A DNA stretch of 61,148 nt from NCBI GenBank assembly GCA_035559235.1, contig DATMBM010000014.1, positions 1-61,148 of the forward strand, read 5' to 3'. Positions within the stretch are counted from its first letter, which is position 1. Each line of letters starts with the position of its first letter. The position numbers and the translations under genes are program-made. The DNA comes from Minisyncoccota bacterium (GTDB lineage: Bacteria > Patescibacteriota > Minisyncoccia > Phycocordibacterales > UBA2100). The notes beneath the pieces are model-generated. The model searched no databases, was not told the DNA's origin, and saw only the letters and a program-made list of their open reading frames with translations. This document shows, in pieces, positions 1 through 9,238 of the stretch.

Positions 1-1
1 T

Positions 2-232
2 AGTGTTCAAAACACGGGCACGTCAACCGTTACGACCTTCGAAGGTCCCGGCTTCAAGAACGAAGTCGTCACGTTTTTCGACGGTAAGCAGTATCGCACC
101 TATGCGACCTCATCGCCGCTCAGCGACAGTGATATACGTGCAATGCGCGATGAGATGGAAAAAGAGTTCGACCGTATGAACGAGTTTTTCAGAAGACAAG
201 ACGAACTTTTTCGTTTATTGTGGGAATTTTAA
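2..232 (+). CDS. 3' end of an unidentified protein gene truncated by the window edge
   Basis: Open frame from the window start (...FEGPGFKNEVVTFFDGKQYRTY...RMNEFFRRQDELFRLLWEF*) ending at TAA 230-232. No recognisable domain. Confidence 0.4.
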   Translation, partial: SVQNTGTSTVTTFEGPGFKNEVVTFFDGKQYRTYATSSPLSDSDIRAMRDEMEKEFDRMNEFFRRQDELFRLLWEF

Positions 233-543
233 ACAGGTGTAGCAGTGTCTTCCAGAGGTTGTAGCCAGTAGGCGATTAACGCCAAGATCGACGCACAACG
301 GTGTATCGTTTTCATCGCTCACAAGTAGCGGTCGCGCTTTGCTGACGACCGCATACATGTCCTCATATAAAAAAGTACTAGTCAGCACGCAAGGCCAAGC
401 ATCAGAAAGAAATCCTGTCGGCAGGGCGACGCGCGCGCCATATTATCTCCTATTGCCGTATTCTTTTCGCTTTCCCGACGCTATTGCACAACGCGACACG
501 CGTGCAATACATCGCTTTTCATATGTCGTTGGAAACGGTAATT

Positions 544-1728
544 CTACGCATTCACTAACTCTTTGAACAACGCTTCATACTGATCGGCCATTATTTCGAC
601 CGTGAAATGCTTCTCGATGCGCTCGCGACAGGCACGGCGCATTTTGGCATATTCTTCGTGCGGCATCGCGTATACCCGTTCGACCGCCTCGCACAGCCCT
701 TCGTGCCCAGTTTTCTTGATTGTAAAATCACCGCGGATGTCATCGTCCGACGGATTCACGACAAATCCCGTGGCGCCGTCTTCAACCACTTCAGGTACCG
801 CCCCGCGCGCGTACGCAACAACAGGCGTTCCGCATGCCATCGCTTCAAGCATCACCAACCCGAACGGCTCTTCCCACATAAGCGGCAGCAGCATGAGTTT
901 CGCCTCACCGAGTAGCGCGTTCTTATCCACCGATTCGCTAAAGCCCTGCTCCTTAAATTCAACGTCACTCGACAAAAAAGGCTTAACGGCGCGTTCAAAG
1001 AAAGCAATCTGAGCCGAAGTTTTTTCATACGCTCCTGTGAGGAGCAGATGTTTACCTACCGCAGTCGCGACTTTCGCAGCCTCCCCAGCCCCCTTGTCCG
1101 TTCGCGAATCGATGCGCCCCATCCACACCATTGCGTCGCCGCCCGCGTAGTTTGCGACGAAATCACGGTGATTAATGCCGTGCGGAATTATGTGTTTACG
1201 CTCGTCTGGGATACATACTGCGCGATCAAATTGGAGCCTTGATGGGAATACAATTGTTGCATTGTGCGGCCACCCAAATCGTTCGATATAGAAACGGGTT
1301 GCGATGCCAATAGTATGATGGCCAATTGCAATGACCGGCTTCTCGAATGCGTGAGAATTAAAGGTAAATTCAGGTACCCCCACACTGTCCACGATGACGT
1401 CATAGTGATCCCGCCGCTTAAGAATTTCAACAAGCGCGCGGACATAGGCGGTCGCTGCAAATCTCTCCTCGTAGCGAGCTTGGCGCGTTGGATCGTCCGG
1501 AGGACTGACCGACAAGTATGGCTCCGTATAATAGTCGGCAAGCTGGCGATCGGTAAGTGGAATAAGGTGTACACCGCTCATCGATATCGAACCAGCAGTT
1601 GCGTATAAATCAATACGGTGCTGACGCCGGGCCATTTCAGACGCGAAATTCGCCGTCCACACTTCGGATCCGCCCTTTGCATTCACTGTCGTGACCCTGT
1701 TTATGCGCGAAACGATTGCGAGGTTCAT
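544..1728 (-). CDS. GT-B fold glycosyltransferase, family GT4
   Basis: 394-aa ORF. C-terminal GT4 signature EEPFGLVMLEAMACGTPVVAYARGAVPEVVEDGATGFVV. Confidence 0.85.
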   Translation of the reverse strand: MNLAIVSRINRVTTVNAKGGSEVWTANFASEMARRQHRIDLYATAGSISMSGVHLIPLTDRQLADYYTEPYLSVSPPDDPTRQARYEERFAATAYVRALVEILKRRDHYDVIVDSVGVPEFTFNSHAFEKPVIAIGHHTIGIATRFYIERFGWPHNATIVFPSRLQFDRAVCIPDERKHIIPHGINHRDFVANYAGGDAMVWMGRIDSRTDKGAGEAAKVATAVGKHLLLTGAYEKTSAQIAFFERAVKPFLSSDVEFKEQGFSESVDKNALLGEAKLMLLPLMWEEPFGLVMLEAMACGTPVVAYARGAVPEVVEDGATGFVVNPSDDDIRGDFTIKKTGHEGLCEAVERVYAMPHEEYAKMRRACRERIEKHFTVEIMADQYEALFKELVNA

Positions 1729-1731
1729 AGA

Positions 1732-2511
1732 CTAGACGATACGTCGCGTGTTCATAATTTCATCGTTGAGAATGCGTGCCAAAACGGCGTTGGCAGCAAT
1801 GTGCTCGAGGTTCGTGTAATCATACGATGACATCCCAGGATTGATGACCGTACCTCCCGCCTCTTTTACTAATAATGATCCGGGGGCAAAATCATAATCA
1901 TGACCGAATGGATCCACCGCGATGCGTGCATCGTAGGCACCGCTTGCGACTTGAGCATAATGCCAGCCCGCCAAAGTCGAACGAACCATCGTAGCGCCTG
2001 CGTCGTTTAATCGATTGACTAATTCCCGATTGCGTCCCGCTTCAACCTTTATTTCCCAGAAAATCTTGGCATTCGCTAGACTCTGTTTATTACTGACGGA
2101 AAGGCGCTCTGTATCTCGAAATGCGCCTCTGTTGCGCTCAGCCCAATACATCACGTCGTTCACAAAGTCATAGATCGCAGAGAACACAACGGCTCCGTTG
2201 TTCACAAGCGCCAACATGGAGGTACAGCCCTCTTCGCCCCGCATATACGCTTCCGTGCCATCGATCGGATCCATAAGCCAAAATTGTTGTGCGGTGCGAT
2301 CTCCGGCGGACTCTTCACCCACAAAACCAAAATCGGGAAAAACTGTTCGCAAGCGTTTGGCCATGTAAGTTTCAACAGCCACATCAACGTCAGTAACAGG
2401 GCTGTAATTGCACTCTGATTTAAAGCGAATCGCGGTCGCATTTCCCCACTTTGGAAGAAGAATGTCTCGTAGCTCCCGCATGACCGGAAGCACGGCATCA
2501 GCGTACTCCAT
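1732..2511 (-). CDS. inositol monophosphatase (IMPase/FBPase-like) family sugar phosphatase
   Basis: GFVGEES...WLMDPIDGTEAY metal-binding motifs and C-terminal DYDFAPG (WDxAAG-like). 3 nt from the downstream GT4 gene. Confidence 0.85.
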   Translation of the reverse strand: MEYADAVLPVMRELRDILLPKWGNATAIRFKSECNYSPVTDVDVAVETYMAKRLRTVFPDFGFVGEESAGDRTAQQFWLMDPIDGTEAYMRGEEGCTSMLALVNNGAVVFSAIYDFVNDVMYWAERNRGAFRDTERLSVSNKQSLANAKIFWEIKVEAGRNRELVNRLNDAGATMVRSTLAGWHYAQVASGAYDARIAVDPFGHDYDFAPGSLLVKEAGGTVINPGMSSYDYTNLEHIAANAVLARILNDEIMNTRRIV

Positions 2512-3814
2512 GGTGATCGTGTATCAAGCGCGCGATGCGATTGAGGGTTGATTGCTGATCGGCGCGCATGCTCTCCGCCGTATTCCAATCGAACGGCCCG
2601 CGCACGTAGCGGCGAGTGTCGGTAAAGCTGCTCCCCGGCAGATTTTGCATGCCGATCTCGTCGCCATAGTACAAAATGGGCGCCCCCGGCAGCGAGTACA
2701 ACAGCTCATGGGCCTCTACGATACGTTCCGGCGCGTTTTGAAAAATCGTACCGAGCCGAACCGAGACTCCACAACCTTTGTTAAACAAATACTTCCCCTC
2801 AGGATCTAAAAATTGAATGAGTTCGTACCGATCGTTCTTCTTGATCATCCCGAGGTTGAGGTCGTCGTGATTGCGCAGAAATGTTGCCCATTGCGCCCCG
2901 GTTGGAAGCATCGAAAATGTTTCTTGAACGACGGTGTCTAGTTGGCTCCGGTCGTGGCGCATCATTGAAAGAAACATTTCCGCCGCCAATTGAAAGTGGT
3001 ACACCATTTGACATTCCCGCCCGTCGCCGAAATACTCGACCGCCTCGGCGGCGGGCACGACGACTTCCGCAAGTAACACGATCCTCCCTCCATAGTTGTT
3101 GTCCAAATGCTGACGCAGCGCCGCGATAATCGAATGCGTTGCCGGTAGACCGACCGATGACGTCTCTTCTTGTTCGAACAAGAGCGGCACGGCGTCGAGC
3201 CGAAATCCATCGGTGCCCGCAGCGACCCAAAAATCCATGATGTCCACCATTTCAGCAAACACGATCGGATTCCCCCAGTTGAGGTCAGGTTGTTGCGGAT
3301 AGAACGTTGCGTAATAGTAATCGCCGGTCGCTTCATTCCATATCCAATTTGACGCCTTGAAATCCCTGAACGGATTCGGTGCATCCGCAAGCTCCCTTCC
3401 CGTCGGGCTCCAGATGAAAAAATCTCGCGTCCGGCTTTGTTTCGACGAGCGCGCTTCGACAAACCACTCATGCTTTTCCGAAACATGGTTGAGCACGAAA
3501 TCGATGATGATGCGGATGCCGCGCTTGTGCGCCGCATCAGCAAACGCGCGGAAATCGTCCATCGTGCCTAGCTCCGGACGGATTGTGCGGTAATCAGAGA
3601 CATCGTAGCCGTCGTCGACCATCGGCGACGTGTAGTGCGGTAGAATGTGTAGTGTGTTAATGCCGAGATGAGTGAAATAATCGAGTTTCTCAGTCAGTCC
3701 CTTAAAATCTTCCGCAAATTTATCCACGTACAGCTCGTAAATTTTTGCGTTCATCCACCACGTTGGCTGCTGCATAGGTATGTATAGTGTGTACGTACAA
3801 TCGCCTTTTGTCAC
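2498..3814 (-). CDS. GH13 alpha-amylase-family enzyme, trehalose synthase (TreS)-like catalytic domain, short form
   Basis: Motif series YELYVDKF...DDGYDVSDY, DFVLNHVSEKHEWF, PDLNWGNP, GFRLDAVPLL, LLAEVV, FLRNHDDLNL, ILYYGDEIGM matches TreS-type GH13. The ORF ends soon after the barrel (438 aa). Confidence 0.8.
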   Translation of the reverse strand: MTKGDCTYTLYIPMQQPTWWMNAKIYELYVDKFAEDFKGLTEKLDYFTHLGINTLHILPHYTSPMVDDGYDVSDYRTIRPELGTMDDFRAFADAAHKRGIRIIIDFVLNHVSEKHEWFVEARSSKQSRTRDFFIWSPTGRELADAPNPFRDFKASNWIWNEATGDYYYATFYPQQPDLNWGNPIVFAEMVDIMDFWVAAGTDGFRLDAVPLLFEQEETSSVGLPATHSIIAALRQHLDNNYGGRIVLLAEVVVPAAEAVEYFGDGRECQMVYHFQLAAEMFLSMMRHDRSQLDTVVQETFSMLPTGAQWATFLRNHDDLNLGMIKKNDRYELIQFLDPEGKYLFNKGCGVSVRLGTIFQNAPERIVEAHELLYSLPGAPILYYGDEIGMQNLPGSSFTDTRRYVRGPFDWNTAESMRADQQSTLNRIARLIHDHHGVR

Positions 3815-6036
3815 CCGAGGCTTGCGACGGCCTTGAGAAATTCAGCGGCCCATCGGTAGACGTTGTAGTTCTTGATCGAATTGCGCATCAGCCGCATGCG
3901 TCGGTGCTGTTCTGCCTTCGGCATGGTTAACGCCGTGTGTATAGCGCTGGAAATTTCCTCAAGGCTGTACGGATTGATGATGATTGCTCCCTTCAGGTCG
4001 CGCGACGAGCCAGTAAATTGGCTAAGGATAAGCACGCCGGTTTCGTCGTCACGCGCCGCAGCAAATTCCTTCGAGACAAGGTTCATGCCGTCATGGAGCG
4101 AGGATACGAGACAGAAGTGCACGCTCCGGTACAGCGGATCAAGTTCGGCGTGCGAGTAGTGGCGTTTTTCAAAAACAATTGGCTTCCATCCGTTCGCCTG
4201 GAATTTTTTGTTGATGCGTTCGACTTCGGAACTCACTTCCTCACCGTATTCGCGGTGTTTGGCGGAACCGAGGCGCGTCGGTGCGGAAATCTGCAAAAAG
4301 GTAAAGCGCTCACGATATTCAGGGTGACGGTCGAGGAACCACTCCACGCCGCGTAGACGCTCTAAGACGCCCTTAATGTAGTCCAGCCGGTCGACGCCAA
4401 GACCGACGAACTCGGTCGTAATGCCGAGCTTTCGAAGCGCCTCCTTGTGCTGATCGGAGGCGACCGCGTGCGTGCCGTTTGTAAAGGCGATCGAAATCGG
4501 GAATGTGCGTACCAACGATTCGTGGCCGCTGCGGGTAACGGTAAAGCGCTCGAAATCAATGAGAGATTCGATTTCTTTGCCGACAGTATCGAGAAAGTTG
4601 TTGCAGTACTGCTGCGTGTGAAAACCAACGACGTCGGCGCCGAGAATGCCGTCAAGGATTTCCTTCCGCCACGGACAAATGCTGAACTGCTCCGCCGAAG
4701 GCCACGGGTGGTGCCAAAAGATGCCCACCTGCGCGTCGGGACGCGCCTTCTTGATAAGCCGCGGCAAAAGTGCGAAATGCAGATCCTGTACAAGAATGAT
4801 CGGCTGGTGCACGTGTTTTATTTCCGCGAGGAGCGCTTCGGCAAATTTGCCGTTCACGCGCTTGTAGGTGGTCCAATCTTCTTTGCGAAAAACCGGCCGC
4901 GTGTACGACATGTGGCAGAGCGGAAACAGTGCTTCGTTTGAAAACCCAGTGTAGTGACCCTCAACTTCCCTATCCGTAAGCCAAATGCGCCGTAAGGTGT
5001 ACCGCGGCTCTTCCGGCGGCACGGCGATCTTGTCGTCTTTGTCGACCGTCTCTTTATCGGCGTCGCCACTGCCGTGCGCGAGCCACAAGCCGCCGCATGC
5101 GACCATGACCGATTCCACTGCGGTTACCATGCCGTGCGCCGGCACCGAGTATTCGATTTTCCCGCGACCGCTTTTGAAATGGATGTAGGGCTCGCGATTT
5201 GAGACGACATAGATCGGACGATCCTTCAGGTACACGCGGACGAATTCCTTGAGACGTTCCGCCGTCCAGGGTGAATCAACCTTCTCAAGCCGCATGCGCG
5301 CTTCTTCGCTCGCCGCCGAACGTGCCTGTTGCAGGCTTGTCGTGATTTTCCTGATCTCGTTGGTGAGCGGCGCCCAGAGAAGTCCGTGGCTGATATCGGC
5401 CGGCGGCGCCGCGCCGGTGCGCCACGATTTCAGCGATTCGGTCATGCGCGAAAGCGGCTTTGCAACCGCGAAGCGCACCAGGAGCACCACCGCGCCGACG
5501 AACACCAAAAGCTGAAGGATGAGCCAAAGCGCGTTATTGAGCCACACCTGTCGGATGCCTTCGTTAATATAGGTCGCGTTTTGGATGACGGTCAGCGCCC
5601 CGATAACGCGCGCTTCTTCAGTCGCGCCTCTCAACGGGATTGTGTACACGTACAAGTACTCCCCGCCGAGCGGGACGAATATCCCTTCCGGCTCATTGCT
5701 GTCCATGACGCGCCCGATGTTTGCGCGCATGATCGCTTCCTGTGGCAGATTGTCCGACAGCGCGACCGGGGAGCCGGTGTTGTCGAAAACGGCCAGGCCG
5801 ACAAGGCGCTCGTTGGTCACAAAATTGTTTATTCGCAAATCGACCGTCGTCGTCGCAAAGGAGCGGAACGGCGGGCCGATCGATTCCGCAAGGCTTGCCG
5901 CAAGCAATTGCGCGCGCGATTGCATGCGCGACGAAAGCTCGATTTCCTCCTGGTTCGCCTGGTTGAGCGTAAACCCGCCCACGATCAGGCTGAAGACAAA
6001 AATAGCACCCCCGGTAATGAACCAGATCTGGCGCAT
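3811..6036 (-). CDS. otsA: trehalose-6-phosphate synthase (GT20, OtsA-type) fused to an N-terminal two-TM sensor-like module
   Basis: Residues ~270-741 carry GT20 signatures (VVSNREPY, LWLAHGSGDADKE, GFSNEALFPLCH, LVQDLHFALLP, ISAPTR, LHDGMNLVSKEF). Residues 1-250 are TM, a ~150-aa extracytoplasmic region, TM and a HAMP-like linker. Confidence 0.85.
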   Translation of the reverse strand: MRQIWFITGGAIFVFSLIVGGFTLNQANQEEIELSSRMQSRAQLLAASLAESIGPPFRSFATTTVDLRINNFVTNERLVGLAVFDNTGSPVALSDNLPQEAIMRANIGRVMDSNEPEGIFVPLGGEYLYVYTIPLRGATEEARVIGALTVIQNATYINEGIRQVWLNNALWLILQLLVFVGAVVLLVRFAVAKPLSRMTESLKSWRTGAAPPADISHGLLWAPLTNEIRKITTSLQQARSAASEEARMRLEKVDSPWTAERLKEFVRVYLKDRPIYVVSNREPYIHFKSGRGKIEYSVPAHGMVTAVESVMVACGGLWLAHGSGDADKETVDKDDKIAVPPEEPRYTLRRIWLTDREVEGHYTGFSNEALFPLCHMSYTRPVFRKEDWTTYKRVNGKFAEALLAEIKHVHQPIILVQDLHFALLPRLIKKARPDAQVGIFWHHPWPSAEQFSICPWRKEILDGILGADVVGFHTQQYCNNFLDTVGKEIESLIDFERFTVTRSGHESLVRTFPISIAFTNGTHAVASDQHKEALRKLGITTEFVGLGVDRLDYIKGVLERLRGVEWFLDRHPEYRERFTFLQISAPTRLGSAKHREYGEEVSSEVERINKKFQANGWKPIVFEKRHYSHAELDPLYRSVHFCLVSSLHDGMNLVSKEFAAARDDETGVLILSQFTGSSRDLKGAIIINPYSLEEISSAIHTALTMPKAEQHRRMRLMRNSIKNYNVYRWAAEFLKAVASLG

Positions 6037-6471
6037 AATAGAGCCAATTCTACCAGAAATTCAGGCAAAATCCAGATCGGCAATGTGTCTAAGTTTGCCC
6101 TCAAAAATCACAAATTGAGTATCCGCGCAAGCTCTAGCTCCTGCATGGATATTGATTTATATGCCCTGAGTCATTACAAAAATCGAAGAACACTTGACCT
6201 TCCCGTTAAGCAATCAAGACCTTTAAACCACTTTGAACACATGAAGGGGTGTTTTGAAATCGTGGCCTATGAGCATACGCTCGGCAGTGCAAAACGGGAG
6301 CATTTGTTGAATGCAAAACGAGCGACGCGAACGAAGCGCACGATGCCAGCGACATCCCCATCTTACAGGGTGTGGCGCGTTTTTCGTGCGGAAATGCACT
6401 GCACTGCTGATGTAAATTTGAGCACGCCAATTGCTTTGCGTCCACGCAGAGTGTGAGATAATTGCCGTGTT

Positions 6472-7143
6472 ATGCCCGAAGAGAATCCGCGCAGAAGGAA
6501 ATCTTCGATAGTGACGACCATGCTGGGCGTTGCGATCGTCGCTGCGTTTACGGCCGGCGGATACTATGCCTGGTCAAACTTTTTCCGACCTGAAGCAGCG
6601 CCCGAGCCGACGCCGCAGCCGCAGGAGCCCGTTGTGACGACGAGCACGTATGCGTCATCAACGATGGGTATTTCAGTCACGTATCCGCAAAGTTTTACCG
6701 TACAGGATCCGTACGCGTATACCGCGTTCGAAGGAAAACCGATTAGCGGCATACAATTTCGCGTGCCCGCGTCGATGACCGAAGGAACAAATCTCATAGC
6801 AGACAGCGGCGTTTCGATCGAACAGCTGCCTCGTGCGCGGAATTGCACTGGTGATATTTATCTGCTCGCGAACGTTCGTGCACAGGATGTCACCGACGGC
6901 GGAAGAACGTATTCGCTCGCAACGACAACCTCAACCACGACCGGTAACGTGTACGAGGAATTGGTATATGCAATTCCTGGCAGCTCGCCATGCACGGCAA
7001 TCCGCTACTTCCTCCATTCGAGCCAGATCGCCAATTTCGCGACGGGCACGCGGATGTTCGACCGTGCAGCGGTCATCGCGGCATTTGATGAAATTCGCCG
7101 CTCGCTTGTACTTCAGCCAACCTCGACGCAAACATCACAGTAA
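6472..7143 (+). CDS. membrane-anchored hypothetical protein
   Basis: 223-aa ORF with an N-terminal basic stretch plus TM (IVTTMLGVAIVAAFTAGGYYAW), a Pro-rich linker and a Thr/Ser-rich globular part. Confidence 0.6.
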   Translation: MPEENPRRRKSSIVTTMLGVAIVAAFTAGGYYAWSNFFRPEAAPEPTPQPQEPVVTTSTYASSTMGISVTYPQSFTVQDPYAYTAFEGKPISGIQFRVPASMTEGTNLIADSGVSIEQLPRARNCTGDIYLLANVRAQDVTDGGRTYSLATTTSTTTGNVYEELVYAIPGSSPCTAIRYFLHSSQIANFATGTRMFDRAAVIAAFDEIRRSLVLQPTSTQTSQ

Positions 7144-7241
7144 AAAAAACGGGAAACCCGTACCTCATAACGAGCTGGGGATTACTCAGTTTGCGCACGG
7201 GACAGGCTGTATACTGGGGCTATTACTCTTAGTCTCTTTGT

Positions 7242-7628
7242 ATGGAATTATCGCTCTTTTTAGCGAAGGTGATTGGCGTCGTCCTTATTGCCTTTTCTGC
7301 TGCCGGGCTCGCGCGGCCGCAGATTATTCATGGCGCGCTGCGTGACTTCAATCACGAATCGTTTTCACGCCTGGTCGTCGGCTGCCTCGCGATCGCGCTC
7401 GGCGCGGCGCTCGTCCTTTCCCACAACATCTGGGAGGTAAGCTGGCGCGGCTTGGTGACACTCTTCGGCTGGCTCACACTCGTCAAAGGCGGACTGTATT
7501 TGCTCGCTCCAAAGGCGCTGCACCAGCTCAGCACGTCGATGCTGCGCAACGAATCGCAGACTCGCGTATTTCTCTTCGTGTGCCTCGTTGTCGGTTTGTA
7601 CCTTGCGTACCACGGGTTCGGAATCTAA
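7242..7628 (+). CDS. small integral membrane protein (about 4 TM)
   Basis: 128-aa hydrophobic ORF. TATACT 27 nt upstream and a hairpin plus T5 terminator downstream. Confidence 0.6.
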   Translation: MELSLFLAKVIGVVLIAFSAAGLARPQIIHGALRDFNHESFSRLVVGCLAIALGAALVLSHNIWEVSWRGLVTLFGWLTLVKGGLYLLAPKALHQLSTSMLRNESQTRVFLFVCLVVGLYLAYHGFGI

Positions 7629-7664
7629 GTGTCACGACTGCTCAGGCGACATGGCGTAATACTT

Positions 7665-7692
7665 GTCCGGCACGGTCGATGCCGACGTTTTT
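7665..7692 (+). terminator. intrinsic terminator after the 7242-7628 gene
   Basis: GTCCGGCA...TGCCGAC stem (one bulge) followed by GTTTTT. Confidence 0.55.
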
Positions 7693-7939
7693 GGTGTTCT
7701 TTACATCGAACATATTGTTCATTGAGCTGACTAAATTCTGTGTTGTCGGCCCGTTCGCTTATGCGCCGACTTAGACCGGTAAGCCATCTTTATTCAATTG
7801 TGTGCTTAATTCGACTGACGGCTTTGTCAAGGATATCTCGATTGCACGTTTTTCAATGGTTGAGAGAACGCACCCAAGAAAGGCATGCGTCCAGTATCGG
7901 CACGCGGTGCATTCTGCCCTGCAGTTTGACGTAAAGAAT

Positions 7940-8788
7940 CTACAAACTGCGTGCCGCAAGTAATTCGGCGAGCCGCTTTTTCAGTGCCCCAATTTGCTCC
8001 CGAAGACGTGCTATTTCTTCCTGCTCGGCCTGTGAATAGCCAGTGGTTTCTTCGGAGGAAGAATCCGATGCGGGGGCTGCGGGAGCCGGATCTGATGCGA
8101 CCGGAGCGGAACCTGCCGAGGCAAGCGCGCTGCGGGTCCGCGCGCCTACGTACCCATACCCTGTCGAGTATTCGTCGCCGTCGCAAATGTGTAGCTGAGC
8201 GCATTGGAATTGCCGGACCGCAGCGCGCGTCAGCGCCCCAAACATGGTTGTCTCATTACCGGGCGAGCCGGGACCCTCCGTCGCAACCGTAAACCCGAGT
8301 GTATTCAGGCGCTTTTGCAACACCAGTACCTGCTGATGCTGCATGCCGAGCGACAAGTTGATGTTGATAGAATCACCGTCAATCGACGCAGCGGTGGCCG
8401 CCTCTGCTGATGGCGCAGCCCCCCAACACTGGAATGAGGAGACCCACGGTCGCGTCCCCTCCGTCAAATACAAATGCCTTGCGTACCCAAGATTGCCGTC
8501 AAGCGTGTAGATATCGTAACCGATCGATCGTGCGAAATTCGCGTGCACGTCGGAGTGGATCTGGTAGACGCCGACCATCGCGCCGCCGAGACCGCCGTGC
8601 AAGACATTGCCCGAATCGGTGTATTGCCTGAATTTAGATTCGCAGCGCGCAATGTCCACCATGACGGGTGCATCGGCGAAATGCTCGCGCACCGCCTGTT
8701 CGACATCGACGTTCAGCCCGATCTGCGCAGACGCGAAGCCCGCTGAAGCCAAGAGAACAAGCGCTCCTGCCGCTGCCCCAAGATACAT
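7940..8788 (-). CDS. secreted lysozyme-like/transglycosylase-like protein with peptidoglycan-binding domain and C-terminal coiled coil
   Basis: Signal peptide, IARCESKFRQY (CES transglycosylase-like motif), PG_binding_1-like LVLQKRLNTLGF...ALTRAAVRQFQ, and an EEIARLREQIGALKKRLAELL tail. Confidence 0.7.
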   Translation of the reverse strand: MYLGAAAGALVLLASAGFASAQIGLNVDVEQAVREHFADAPVMVDIARCESKFRQYTDSGNVLHGGLGGAMVGVYQIHSDVHANFARSIGYDIYTLDGNLGYARHLYLTEGTRPWVSSFQCWGAAPSAEAATAASIDGDSININLSLGMQHQQVLVLQKRLNTLGFTVATEGPGSPGNETTMFGALTRAAVRQFQCAQLHICDGDEYSTGYGYVGARTRSALASAGSAPVASDPAPAAPASDSSSEETTGYSQAEQEEIARLREQIGALKKRLAELLAARSL

Positions 8789-8898
8789 GGTGACAGTGTA
8801 CCAAATCGAAGATGAAGATAAGAGTTGTCAATTGACAGCGCCGCGAGAGCTGATTTCATTAAGCGAGCAAATTCACGATCATTTCGGGAGCACAACCG

Positions 8899-9165
8899 AT
8901 GAGTAACGAGTTCGAACAAATGATGCGCGGGTACGGTCTTACGACGGCTGAAATACTGTATCGCATGCCTGACCACCCGTCGCTCTTGCAAACGTATTTG
9001 TGGCAGGACTACGACCTGCATCCGCGGTTTCCGAAGCTCAGGCATTTTCTGGAATTTTGGGAGACATCGCTGGATGGCAAATTGTTTCGCGTGCGTGTGG
9101 CGCACTCGCGGCTCATACGACCGTCTGAAGTACGAATTATTGAAGGAAAATTCCAGATGCATTAA
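8899..9165 (+). CDS. Usg-like family small protein
   Basis: 88 aa. GYGLTTAEILYRMPDHPSLLQTYLWQDYDLHPRFPKLRHFLEFW matches my recollection of the Usg (PF06233-type) family. GGGAG SD 9 nt upstream. Confidence 0.65.
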   Translation: MSNEFEQMMRGYGLTTAEILYRMPDHPSLLQTYLWQDYDLHPRFPKLRHFLEFWETSLDGKLFRVRVAHSRLIRPSEVRIIEGKFQMH

Positions 9166-9174
9166 AGGGGAGCT

Positions 9175-9212
9175 GCCGCGCCTTTGGGCGCGGCGCAGTG
9201 TTTGTGCTTTTC
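9175..9212 (+). terminator. intrinsic terminator after usg-like gene
   Basis: GCCGCGCC-TTTG-GGCGCGGC 8-bp stem followed by a T-rich tract (GTGTTTGTGCTTTTCC). Confidence 0.6.
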
Positions 9213-9238
9213 CGCAAAAGCCGTATGCTCTGTGAGTT

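Noticed and set aside
233-360. Short minus-strand ORF MYAVVSKARPLLVSDENDTPLCVDLGVNRLLATTSG..., reminiscent of the RuvC-I motif of TnpB/IS605 OrfB (GIDLG.N.LA..SDG)
   Set aside because: It is only ~47 codons, with no N-terminal or downstream TnpB sequence, no IS ends and no tnpA. It also overlaps the 3' end of a plausible plus-strand gene. It may be chance or a very decayed remnant. A tblastn/HMM check would settle it.
339-566. 75-aa ORF in the first spacer overlapping the GT4 3' end
   Set aside because: No start signals of either type seen elsewhere (SD or -10-proximal ATG), and no motif. It overlaps the end of a supported gene.
5329-6456. 375-aa plus-strand ORF overlapping the otsA-fusion N-terminus and the 6037-6471 spacer
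   Set aside because: Most of it is antisense to a well-supported gene and highly basic or low complexity. Only its spacer-resident tail is kept, as a low-priority question in the findings.
7916-7931. 16-nt exact repeat GCCCTGCAGTTTGACG, also at 48662-48677, each followed by AAACTGCG so that both can form hairpins
   Set aside because: About one exact 16-mer pair is expected by chance in a window of this size counting both strands. One copy overlaps a coding 3' end. No further copies were seen. Worth a genome-wide count only.
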